40,487 nt of DNA from Candidatus Micrarchaeota archaeon (GTDB lineage: Archaea > Micrarchaeota > Micrarchaeia > Anstonellales > Bilamarchaeaceae), in NCBI GenBank assembly GCA_013425375.1, contig JACCLH010000086.1, positions 1 through 40,487 on the forward strand, read 5' to 3'. The notes under the pieces are model-generated. The model was not told where the DNA came from. It ran no database searches and saw only the letters and a program-made list of their open reading frames with translations. The first letter of the stretch is position 1; each line of letters starts with the position of its first letter. Positions 1 to 7,591 of the stretch are shown here, one piece after another. A program made the position numbers and the translations under genes.

Positions 1-135
1 ATAAGCCGCGACCTGAACGCCGCGCTCAATATACTCGCAAGAGCTACCGGTGGAACGCCGGAAAGTAACGCTTGTGGAGACGTCTTAATAGAGATGTCCG
101 TGAAACAAGACGCCACGGGCTTTAGCCCGTGGTAG
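1..135 (+). mobile_element. tnpB: 3' terminal fragment of an IS200/IS605-family tnpB (OrfB, RuvC-like nuclease) gene, cut by the window edge
   Basis: Frame +1 reads without stops: ISRDLNAALNILARATGGTPESNACGDVLIEMSVKQDATGFSPW, then TAG at 133-135. RDxNAAxNI matches the C-terminal RuvC-III motif of TnpB/OrfB proteins. It is absent from the ORF track because it is partial and short. Confidence 0.7.
113..132 (+). repeat. Perfect hairpin CCACGGGC-TTTA-GCCCGTGG ending at the tnpB stop; candidate IS right-end or guide-RNA scaffold stem
   Basis: An 8-bp inverted repeat with a 4-nt loop is read directly. IS200/IS605 ends carry subterminal hairpins, and the TnpB guide RNA overlaps the tnpB 3' end (established knowledge). 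The assignment here rests on position only. Confidence 0.35.
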
Positions 136-144
136 TTCACAAAA

Positions 145-1056
145 TCACTTCGCCTTGGCGAGGACGGCTACCATGGCCCGTATCCCATCCGCCAGGGGCC
201 GTGGCGAGAATCCAAGGTCGCTCCTTGCCCTTGAGCAGTCGAACACGCGGTCATATCCTAGTATGGAGACGTGCTCTGCGGTGAGGACCGGCTTTCCCTT
301 TTTTGTCAACTTATATATCGCTTCTCCTGCCACAGCCATGAACATCGCGAGCGGAAGCTGGACAGATTTTTTTGGTGGTTCCACGCCGAGGTCCTGCGCC
401 GCTATCCGGTATATATCCTTCTGGGCGAGCGGCTCGCCTGCTATGACATATGTGCCTTTGCCCCTGCCCACAGCCGCCACCACTGCCGCTGCGACGTCAT
501 CAACATGGACAAAAGGTATCCTGTTGGTCCCCTTGCCTATGCTCCTCATCCTGCCCTTCCTGATCATGTCAATCACCTTGGCATAATCATCGAACTGCGG
601 GCCATAGATGGTGCTTACCCTGAGGATGACATGGTCAGGCCATTTCTCCACTATCTTCTCGGCCTGGTATTTGGAACGCGCGTAATCAGAATCCGGATGG
701 GCCTCGGTGCCCTCGTTGGCAGGCATGGAGGCCAGCTTCTTGCCATACACCGATACTGAGCTGGCAAAAACAATCCTGCACCCTTTCGGCAGGGCATCCA
801 CCAGCCTCCAGGTCAGGCTGACATTGGAGTCATGGAGCGCTTTCTTGTCCGTGGTATCCACAGAACCTGCCAGGTGGACCACGACCTTCGCGCCTATAAG
901 GATGATCTTGAGCTGGTCAGTGGAGAAATCAGTGACCACCTCGTCCTTCAGGCCGCCTGGTTCTCTCACGAGCGGTATGGCGTCTGGCAGCATGGCCATG
1001 ACTGCCCTTCCCAGCCTGCCTGTGGCTCCGGTGACGAAAACCTTATTGCCTGCCAT
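145..1056 (-). CDS. NAD(P)-dependent epimerase/dehydratase (extended SDR family)
   Basis: 303 aa with the N-terminal Rossmann motif VTGATGRLG and a catalytic YxxxK (YARSKYQAEK). The ATG at 1056 overlaps the stop of the upstream ThyX-like gene by 14 nt, which suggests an operon. Confidence 0.8.
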   Translation of the reverse strand: MAGNKVFVTGATGRLGRAVMAMLPDAIPLVREPGGLKDEVVTDFSTDQLKIILIGAKVVVHLAGSVDTTDKKALHDSNVSLTWRLVDALPKGCRIVFASSVSVYGKKLASMPANEGTEAHPDSDYARSKYQAEKIVEKWPDHVILRVSTIYGPQFDDYAKVIDMIRKGRMRSIGKGTNRIPFVHVDDVAAAVVAAVGRGKGTYVIAGEPLAQKDIYRIAAQDLGVEPPKKSVQLPLAMFMAVAGEAIYKLTKKGKPVLTAEHVSILGYDRVFDCSRARSDLGFSPRPLADGIRAMVAVLAKAK

Positions 1057-2701
1057 ATTTCTTCGCCAGCTCCTCCATCTTCCTGTCTATCCTCTTCTCT
1101 GCCTCAAGCCTTTCAAATGCATAGCTTTTCATGTCCATGAACCTCATGCCTGAGGCGAGGCTCGGATGCACCTTTTCTATCTCACTGAACATCTTCTGGG
1201 CAATCTCCCTGTAGTCTATGTGCCCCTGCATGGAGCTTCTCAGTTCCAGCATGTGATATGCTTCCCTAAGGTTGAATGTCATGTACCATCTTATGTTGTA
1301 AGCGAGAGGAATGACATACTGGGCCTGCTTCGGATACTTCTTCGCTATCTGGCCATAGGCATCCTTTGCCCTGTCCATCGCGTCTTTGAACTCCTTATCG
1401 TATCCTGCCTCTGTTATCTCCTTCGGCATCTTATAGCCCAGATAAGGCGTGAGAAGCTGCCTCTGCTGCGTCAGTATCCTGTGCCTGTGCATGTCCCTGT
1501 AGCAGCCGTAGTTCCCGCAGACATCAAACGTGTAATAAGCGTGTTCAAAGGCTCTTCCAGGCTTCTGCCTCCGGTTCTCCCTGTCGCTTATGCATGCCCC
1601 GATGACCGTCTCCTTTTCCTCCTTGCTCATCCCTTTGACGATGGCCTTTATCTCGTTCATCGGCTTCAGCATGTATGGATAGAGCGCGGCCTCAGCAATC
1701 CTGTCCTCTGCGTGCGGGTCGTAATCCACCAACACCGCACCCCCGTCGTTCGCGCCACCCTCACCACCAGAGCCCGCAGGTCTCGCGCCACCGCTCGCCC
1801 CGCTGTATTTCGCGCCTGCATCGGCTATCGCGCCCCTTTGTTTCCTGAAATAGTCCTGCAGGGCGATTCCGTACTTCTCCTTGGCCCTTTTCACGAAAGA
1901 GGGTATGACCTTGGCCAGCTCGCCGTGCATCGCGTCGCCTATATCGCGCATCTCAGCCATGTCATCGGCATAGAGCTTTGTGAGCAGATACTCGAAAGCG
2001 CGTCCGTCACCGAAAAATCCCATGTTGGTGAGTGTGGATGCAGGAAGCAAACCTCTCAATATGTCGCACGTTTTCGCCCGTACCGTGGCAGCATAGGCCC
2101 GCTCGCTTGTCTTGTCGTCCCTTGGCTCCCTTTCCATGATGAATTTGGATATCTTCGGGATGAGGTCGGCATAGGTCTGGAATGCATGGTCGCATGTCTG
2201 CTCATAGAGAGATGCGAATTCAGATGCCATGAGCGTCTTCTCCCTGTGATAGAGCCACCTGCCGTCCCTCTTGTTGTCGAAATAGACATACCTGGTGGAT
2301 TTCTCAAGCGGCGAAAGCCCGATGCGTGAGTCCTCCAGGGTCTTTGTCGCCACGATGGATATGTCCTCTATGGCGATGTGGGCGCCTGCCAGCTCGGCGA
2401 CAGAATCGTCCCCGTAGCCCACCAGCACCCTTTCGTAGAATTCCTCTGCCTTCCTGACCTGGACCGGGCTCCGGGCTTTCTGCTGTGGTGCTGCCATAAG
2501 CACCTCCTTCAGCCCGCTCTCGTCAGAGAGCATGAACTCGTCCAGCAGGACCCGCCTGAGGCTCTTGGTGCTGCGGCTGTACCTTGAGAACAGCGCGCCC
2601 TTGACCACTTCGGGCAGGTTGGTGAGTGCGAAGATAGGCCTGTCCATGTTGGTGACATAAGGCTGGAGCAGCCTCTTCTCCTCCTCTGAGAACTCGTCCA
2701 T
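1043..2701 (-). CDS. Double-length ThyX-like protein (flavin-dependent thymidylate synthase family)
   Basis: 552 aa. The C-terminal half has YRDMHRHRILTQQRQ, resembling the ThyX RHRxxS signature. The N-terminal half has LPEVVKGALFSRYSRS. An ATAAAAAC box lies about 21-28 nt upstream of ATG 2701. The family call is from memory of long ThyX-like proteins and was not searched. Confidence 0.5.
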   Translation of the reverse strand: MDEFSEEEKRLLQPYVTNMDRPIFALTNLPEVVKGALFSRYSRSTKSLRRVLLDEFMLSDESGLKEVLMAAPQQKARSPVQVRKAEEFYERVLVGYGDDSVAELAGAHIAIEDISIVATKTLEDSRIGLSPLEKSTRYVYFDNKRDGRWLYHREKTLMASEFASLYEQTCDHAFQTYADLIPKISKFIMEREPRDDKTSERAYAATVRAKTCDILRGLLPASTLTNMGFFGDGRAFEYLLTKLYADDMAEMRDIGDAMHGELAKVIPSFVKRAKEKYGIALQDYFRKQRGAIADAGAKYSGASGGARPAGSGGEGGANDGGAVLVDYDPHAEDRIAEAALYPYMLKPMNEIKAIVKGMSKEEKETVIGACISDRENRRQKPGRAFEHAYYTFDVCGNYGCYRDMHRHRILTQQRQLLTPYLGYKMPKEITEAGYDKEFKDAMDRAKDAYGQIAKKYPKQAQYVIPLAYNIRWYMTFNLREAYHMLELRSSMQGHIDYREIAQKMFSEIEKVHPSLASGMRFMDMKSYAFERLEAEKRIDRKMEELAKKYGRQ

Positions 2702-2782
2702 GAGCGTTTCTCGCCAAAAGGGTTTTTATGCTGATTGCTCGGGCTTTTTAAATTGTTTCATTTAAAGACAACTAGTGGTTTG

Positions 2783-3343
2783 ATGAAGCACACACTCCTC
2801 AAAAAAAGCATCGTTGCAACAGGCGTGACCCTCGCTCTACTGACTGGCTGCGGCACTGCCCATGCAAAACCGATCAAATACCCGCTTCCCGCTCCAACCG
2901 CCACATGCGTTCTCGCAGCCGCTCCTCTTGTAGAGAACTGGAGCAGGGGCACCTGCATTTTCAAGGACAACGCCCTTACCTACAAAGGACCCAATTCTGA
3001 AAAAACGATTGAGCTTGATACGAAGGTTGAAAATCCGCTGAAAATCATCTGCTCGGACGAATACACCGCGATATTGACTCCTGACAGGGTCGTCATCTCC
3101 CTGGGCGGCAAACGGCTCATCACCGACCAGGTGGAGGTGTTCTGGACGTTCATGGAACGCTTCTATCCTTCCAACATGTATGCGATTGGCATCACAGAGA
3201 TAATGGCTGAGGGCATCAAAGAGGCATCAATAAAGGCCCATAATCTTGTGATCCAGACAAGTAACCGGGAATGGACTGTGGATCTGTCCTATCCTGCGAA
3301 ATGGGAAATTATAAATAATATGGGATTTATACCAAAGTGGTGA
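2783..3343 (+). CDS. Putative secreted lipoprotein, function unknown
   Basis: From ATG 2783 the protein begins MKHTLLKKSIVATGVTLALLTGCG: a basic n-region, a hydrophobic core and a lipobox-like LLTGC. TTTAAA boxes at 2747-2752 and 2761-2766 favour this ATG over the TTG at 2735 used by the ORF track. Confidence 0.6.
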   Translation: MKHTLLKKSIVATGVTLALLTGCGTAHAKPIKYPLPAPTATCVLAAAPLVENWSRGTCIFKDNALTYKGPNSEKTIELDTKVENPLKIICSDEYTAILTPDRVVISLGGKRLITDQVEVFWTFMERFYPSNMYAIGITEIMAEGIKEASIKAHNLVIQTSNREWTVDLSYPAKWEIINNMGFIPKW

Positions 3344-3347
3344 CATT

Positions 3348-3953
3348 ATGAATGGCAAGGGCAGCGTATTCATGCAGAAAGAAGAGGCCAAGCAAACAAC
3401 CATCTACCTCACTAGTATAAACTGCACCGACCCAAAACTTGCCGAACGGCTTCAGAACGCTTTCCATCTGGCTTATGCAAGGACGCTTAATGGCGGGCGC
3501 CCGATCCCGGATGAAAACGCCCCATTGAAGTTCATTAAAGCATGGCACAAAGAGAAATTTAAAACTACCCAGTATATGATGAACTACAAGGAGTTCGCTG
3601 AGGCCTTTGCCAAAGGCATGCAATACAGGATGCAGGAAAACATGCATGGCAAGATAGATCGCGGGACCCCTCCGAAACCATCCTTCTTCTATGCTATGGC
3701 TAAAGAGGACCTTAATATATTGGCAAAAGAGCTTACAGAAATTATCGGAGTTCCGTTCTCTGGAAAGTCGCTGCAATACAATGAAGTCCAAATATCTGCA
3801 GACCACGTTCCTGTTTCTTTCAAGGTAGTTGGTCGAGGCGAGGATACGCATCTCGAGGTTGTCTGGCCCAAATGGATCGGGCAACCACCAGCAGAAGAAT
3901 ATAAGGAGAAGGAACCTACCGCGGTCGTTCCAAGGAAGGTTGGCGGGGCATAA
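3348..3953 (+). CDS. Hypothetical protein (201 aa), no recognisable domain
   Basis: The ATG lies 4 nt after the lipoprotein stop and is preceded by GGTGA (3339-3343), a Shine-Dalgarno-like motif. Both genes share a lower GC than their surroundings. Confidence 0.55.
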   Translation: MNGKGSVFMQKEEAKQTTIYLTSINCTDPKLAERLQNAFHLAYARTLNGGRPIPDENAPLKFIKAWHKEKFKTTQYMMNYKEFAEAFAKGMQYRMQENMHGKIDRGTPPKPSFFYAMAKEDLNILAKELTEIIGVPFSGKSLQYNEVQISADHVPVSFKVVGRGEDTHLEVVWPKWIGQPPAEEYKEKEPTAVVPRKVGGA

Positions 3954-3989
3954 CCTGCCTGTTAATTAAATCCTCTTCCCATACCTGCC

Positions 3990-4460
3990 ATGGAACTCTA
4001 CAAGCTCCTTTACCCGATGAGGATAGTCCTGATAACCGTGCGGAAGGGCAAGTATGAGAATGTGATGGCAGCCGCCTGGTGCTTCCCGCTCTCATTCGAC
4101 CCGCCACTTTTCGGGGTGTCAATAAGCCCGAAGAGGCATACCTTTTCGCTGTTGCAAGGCGCCAAATCATTCGCCATCAACCTCACAGCGCCAGGCATGG
4201 ACGACGCTGTCCTTGTCTGCGGCAGGAACAGCGGAAAAGACACAGACAAATTCGCGAAAAGCGGCCTGACAAAAGAGGAAGCGAAGAAGATAGACTGCCC
4301 GCTGATAAAAGAATCGCCGCTCAGCATAGAATGCGAGCTGGTTGACACGATAAAGGCCGGCGACCATTCTGTCTTCGTAGGCAAAGCGGTGAACGTGATA
4401 AAGAGGAAAGAGGCCAAGGGGCTCTACCAATCCCAGGGCGGAGAATGGATAACTGTCTAG
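3990..4460 (+). CDS. Flavin reductase-like FMN-binding domain protein
   Basis: 156 aa. YPMRIVLITV...NVMAAAWCFPLSFDPPLFGVSISPKRHTFSLL is typical of the flavin reductase-like split-barrel family. A TTAATTAAAT box lies about 20 nt upstream of the ATG. Confidence 0.75.
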   Translation: MELYKLLYPMRIVLITVRKGKYENVMAAAWCFPLSFDPPLFGVSISPKRHTFSLLQGAKSFAINLTAPGMDDAVLVCGRNSGKDTDKFAKSGLTKEEAKKIDCPLIKESPLSIECELVDTIKAGDHSVFVGKAVNVIKRKEAKGLYQSQGGEWITV

Positions 4461-4819
4461 CTTTTCCGGTATCCGAATTTCTTGTCATATACATGGTGGT
4501 CCATGATGTCGAGCACGAAAGCTATTATCTCAATCTCGCTTTCATCATTAGTAAGCGCGTAGAGCATCCTCCAGAATTGCGGCAGCTCCACTCGGAAGAG
4601 ATTCATTATCCCGTATTTTGTCCGGTATTCCTCTGGAATAAGCTTCTTCGCTATCGGATCGCCATAATGCGGATTGGCCTTGATAAGCTCGACCTTCTTG
4701 TTGACCGCATTGAGCAGCACCCTTTCTATCTTTGACCCCGCGGCTTTCTCATTGAGGTCGCGGTAAGCCTCCTCGGCTTCAGGAGACACACTTCCAGGGC
4801 TGAAGCCCCTTTCGAGCAT
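4457..4819 (-). CDS. RelE/ParE-superfamily toxin-like protein
   Basis: 120 aa. The layout ...ELIKANPHYGDPI...NLFRVELPQFWRMLYALTNDESEIEIIAFVLDIMDHHVYDKKFG follows the RelE/ParE pattern: an NP-x-G loop, an R-hydrophobic-x-hydrophobic strand, Y, and a second strand followed by H-x-x-x-Y. No search was possible. Confidence 0.5.
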   Translation of the reverse strand: MLERGFSPGSVSPEAEEAYRDLNEKAAGSKIERVLLNAVNKKVELIKANPHYGDPIAKKLIPEEYRTKYGIMNLFRVELPQFWRMLYALTNDESEIEIIAFVLDIMDHHVYDKKFGYRKS

Positions 4820-4910
4820 GGATGCGGAAGGCGGCCTGTAATGGTGCGCTCTCTACAGACTTACGCAGGCCGCGCACCCTGGGAGTGTGAAAGGATGACT
4901 CTCACTCTTT

Positions 4911-5189
4911 TCATAATTCCAGGCCCCGGGCAATCGCCTTCCGCAGGCGCGGGTTGGTGTTGTGTATCCAGGTAATCCCTTTCATGGTCACGGCTATTTT
5001 GTTGCTCTCCTCAAGATACTCCAGGATGGCCATCAGCGTGTTGTGGTTCACCTGCCTCGGCAGTTTCCTCTTCAGCTCGGCCACGGTTATCAAGCTCTCG
5101 CCCACCCCCTTCAATGTCTCTTCCACCATGAGAACGGTATTAAGCGTAGGTGAGTGGAGCATCCTTTCTATCTGGATTCCTTTTGTCAT
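4911..5189 (-). CDS. Small winged-helix-type DNA-binding protein
   Basis: 92 aa from ATG 5189; the track starts at GTG 5198. ITVAELKRKLPRQVNHNTLMAILEYLEESNKIAV looks like a helix-turn-helix plus wing. It sits behind its own palindromic operator. Confidence 0.5.
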   Translation of the reverse strand: MTKGIQIERMLHSPTLNTVLMVEETLKGVGESLITVAELKRKLPRQVNHNTLMAILEYLEESNKIAVTMKGITWIHNTNPRLRKAIARGLEL

Positions 5190-5202
5190 ATTAATCACTT
5201 TT

Positions 5203-5220
5203 AGTTATCAACTGATAACT
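5203..5220. promoter_or_regulatory. 18-bp perfect palindrome AGTTATCA-AC-TGATAACT; candidate operator of the wHTH gene
   Basis: The palindrome lies between a TTTAAATAT box (minus strand, 5236-5244) and ATG 5189, so it covers the expected transcription start. Confidence 0.5.
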
Positions 5221-5280
5221 ATTTGATACGGAAGTATATTTAAAGGTTTTGTTTATGAGCTGCACGATGATCCTGCCGGT

Positions 5281-6525
5281 TTACACTTTCGGTTTCCCTG
5301 ACGGCACAAGCGCGCTCAGTACGCCCAGCAGCTGCGGCCTTCCTGCAAGCACCTTCGCCACAGGCCCTGCGAACCTGCCATCCATGACATCTGGCATGTC
5401 GTTGTCTGTCAGCGTGTTGAATATGTGGTTCAGGTCATCGTCGCTGACCTTCTCCAGCACCTTCCTGAGCAATAACCTGTTGGCCATATCCTTGCCCAGG
5501 CCAGGCCTCCACTGCTTCTCATATTCGTAAAGCATGGCCTTGCTGTAGTCCTTCCTGGCATGGGCCTTGAGCGCCACTCCTGCTGCCATCACGCCGGTCT
5601 CCATAGCTATGCCTATGCCGCCGCCGTGTATCGGGTCCACCTGCTTGGCCGCAGTGCCTATTATCATGCAGTTGTCCTTCACGAACTCGTCTATGGGCGC
5701 CCCGACCGATATCACGCCGCCGAAGTCCAATAACGTGCTGGCCTCTTTCAGCTGCTTGTCATTCTTTATGAAAGCGTCCAGCAATGTCTTGGGCTGGGCG
5801 CCTTTCACGCCGCCGAGCTTCTCGCTGTTCGCCACGTTCCCGCCTATGCCTATGCCGACATTGGCCTTCCTGTTGGCCTTAGGGAATATCCACACATAGC
5901 CTCTTTTTGCCACTTCGTTGCCGAAATAGAGCTCAATCAGGTTCTCATGGTCATAGGGCTTCATCTCGTATTCGTAGCATGTGTCAACGTCATAGAGGGC
6001 ATGGACCGTCTTGAATCCCATCTGCCTTGCCATCATGGACTCCATGCCTTCTGCAGACACGATGAGCGGTGCGCGTACCTCATAGGGCTCCCTCCCCCCG
6101 TGGCTCACCTTCACCCCGTTCGGTTTCCCCTTCTCATCCCTGAGCACCTCAATCGCCCTGGTGTAGGTATGGACCTTCGCCCCTTTCTCCACAGCCAGCT
6201 CGCACAGCCACTTGTCGAAGAACTTCCTTTCCAGCACCCATCCCCTGGTGCCCTCGTTCTTCCATACGATGGCCTTGCCGTTCGGAGCGACCACCTTGGC
6301 TCCTTCAACCTCAATGGAATAGCACTGCCTCGGAAGGTCAAGCCCCTGCTTGATTATCTCCCCTTTGCCAAGGCCCTCGCCGCACCGCACAGGCACGCCT
6401 ATCTCCTTCCTTTTGTCTATGACCAGCACATCCATGCCGCCTGCTGCCGCCACACGTGCGAAAGTCGATCCTGCCGGCCCGCCTCCTATGACTATGACAT
6501 CATGGTCGTATTTCATGCGCATCAC
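5281..6525 (-). CDS. Geranylgeranyl reductase family flavoprotein (digeranylgeranylglycerophospholipid reductase-like)
   Basis: 414 aa with the FAD fold DVIVIGGGPAGS and VRCGEGL. Possible starts are GTG 6525, ATG 6522 and ATG 6516, all overlapping or abutting the ferredoxin stop. Confidence 0.85.
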   Translation of the reverse strand: MMRMKYDHDVIVIGGGPAGSTFARVAAAGGMDVLVIDKRKEIGVPVRCGEGLGKGEIIKQGLDLPRQCYSIEVEGAKVVAPNGKAIVWKNEGTRGWVLERKFFDKWLCELAVEKGAKVHTYTRAIEVLRDEKGKPNGVKVSHGGREPYEVRAPLIVSAEGMESMMARQMGFKTVHALYDVDTCYEYEMKPYDHENLIELYFGNEVAKRGYVWIFPKANRKANVGIGIGGNVANSEKLGGVKGAQPKTLLDAFIKNDKQLKEASTLLDFGGVISVGAPIDEFVKDNCMIIGTAAKQVDPIHGGGIGIAMETGVMAAGVALKAHARKDYSKAMLYEYEKQWRPGLGKDMANRLLLRKVLEKVSDDDLNHIFNTLTDNDMPDVMDGRFAGPVAKVLAGRPQLLGVLSALVPSGKPKV

Positions 6526-6740
6526 CCTCTCTTCGCCTCAGGGGGCAGGTCATCGGGCTCCTTCACTCCCTTGTACATCTGTATGACATTGGCCGGGCAG
6601 ATTTTCACGCAAAGCCCGCAGTCCACGCACTTCTCAGGGAAATGCTTCATCCTTGTCCCCACTGCCTCTATGGCGCTTGCCGGGCACACAGAAGAGCACC
6701 CGACGCAGAATATGCATCCGTCATGCTTTATGGTGATCAT
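6522..6740 (-). CDS. 2x[4Fe-4S] ferredoxin
   Basis: 72 aa with two CxxCxxCxxxCP motifs (CIFCVGCSSVCP and CVDCGLCVKICP). It is translationally coupled to the downstream GGR gene. GGAGAG lies about 12 nt upstream of the ATG. Confidence 0.85.
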   Translation of the reverse strand: MITIKHDGCIFCVGCSSVCPASAIEAVGTRMKHFPEKCVDCGLCVKICPANVIQMYKGVKEPDDLPPEAKRG

Positions 6741-6757
6741 TGCAAAACCCTCTCCTA

Positions 6758-6947
6758 CCCCACGCCGTGGGGTTTTGTATGTCGCGAACGACGTATCGTT
6801 GTCGTGTTCGACGTTTCGAACACGAACATGCTCGTGAACGTTTCGACGTTCACGACATCGCGAGCATGTTCACAATCATGTTCGTCGTAACGAACATGGT
6901 GCGTCTTGTTCGATTCGTCGAACAAGCCGAGGTCGGATTGCCGACCT
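6758..6947. repeat. Array of six perfect palindromes/hairpins in a 246-nt non-coding gap
   Basis: Six elements are read directly. 6758-6772: CCCCACG-C-CGTGGGG. 6804-6823: GTGTTCGA-CGTT-TCGAACAC. 6824-6871: 11-bp arms GAACATGCTCG/CGAGCATGTTC enclosing TGAACGT-TTCG-ACGTTCA (6835-6852). 6877-6898: CATGTTCG-TCGTAA-CGAACATG. 6905-6926: CTTGTTCGA-TTCG-TCGAACAAG. 6930-6947: AGGTCGG-ATTG-CCGACCT. Confidence 0.75.
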
Positions 6948-6986
6948 TGACATCCCAATCTATCGGCTCCAGCCATTATTTGGCCG

Positions 6987-7502
6987 CTATCTTTTAAGGA
7001 GTTTCGCGAGCTCTACCCCGAACAGCCCGGCGCTGGCCGGACCATCAGCAGTCACGACATTCCCGTCCACGACCACCGGCTCTGCCTTGTAAATCGCGCC
7101 GTTCTCCCGCAGGACGCTTATGGCCTTCCTGTCAGGGAAAACAGTGGCTTTCTTGCCTGCGAGCACGCCGGCCTTGGCAGGCGCTATGGGTCCGATGCAT
7201 ATGGCGCCTATCACCCTGCCTTTCTCGGCCGCGTCCCTGAGGAGTCTCAGCACGTCCTCGTTCTCAGCAAGGGCAGGCGAACCAGGGCCTCCGACAACCA
7301 CTATGGCGTCAAAGAACTCTGGGTTCGCCTCATAGGCTGCCATGTCAGGCTGGATGGTGGCGCCCTTCACTCCGGTTGCCTTGGCCCTTGTGAGGCTGGC
7401 CACCCTGACATTGTGGCCTTCCTTCTCCAGGACCTCCCTGGGCACGAAAAGCTCCTCATCCCGGAATCCGTTCTGGGCCACGATCATGAGAATCTTTGCC
7501 AT
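6987..7502 (-). CDS. DJ-1/PfpI family protein (class I glutamine amidotransferase-like)
   Basis: 171 aa. MAKILMIVAQNGFRDEEL and the nucleophile-elbow Cys in GAICIGP are typical of PfpI/DJ-1. Confidence 0.85.
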   Translation of the reverse strand: MAKILMIVAQNGFRDEELFVPREVLEKEGHNVRVASLTRAKATGVKGATIQPDMAAYEANPEFFDAIVVVGGPGSPALAENEDVLRLLRDAAEKGRVIGAICIGPIAPAKAGVLAGKKATVFPDRKAISVLRENGAIYKAEPVVVDGNVVTADGPASAGLFGVELAKLLKR

Positions 7503-7523
7503 GTCTCAGCATTCGTGTCAAAG

Positions 7524-7531
7524 ATTTATAT
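7524..7531. promoter_or_regulatory. ATTTATAT box; candidate TATA element in the divergent DJ-1/prs gap
   Basis: It lies 22 nt from the DJ-1 ATG (7502, minus strand), giving leaderless geometry. The same AT box faces prs on the plus strand, whose ATG 7592 is about 60 nt away. Confidence 0.4.
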
Positions 7532-7591
7532 GGGTTATGCGGTCCATGCCAAAACGTTCGATTTTTAATCTGTCCGGCGTGTAAAGCAATC

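Noticed and set aside
6804-6926. GTTCGATTC and similar strings that resemble a tRNA T-arm (GGTTCGAATCC).
   Set aside because: Each is part of a perfect self-complementary palindrome. No acceptor, D or anticodon arm arrangement can be drawn, so this is not a tRNA.
7496-7591. An upstream extension of the prs ORF.
   Set aside because: It overlaps the DJ-1 start codon and the AT-rich promoter gap. Its sequence (MPCLSIRVKDLYGLCGPCQNVRFLICPACKAI) is not Prs-like, and the conserved body begins near ATG 7592.
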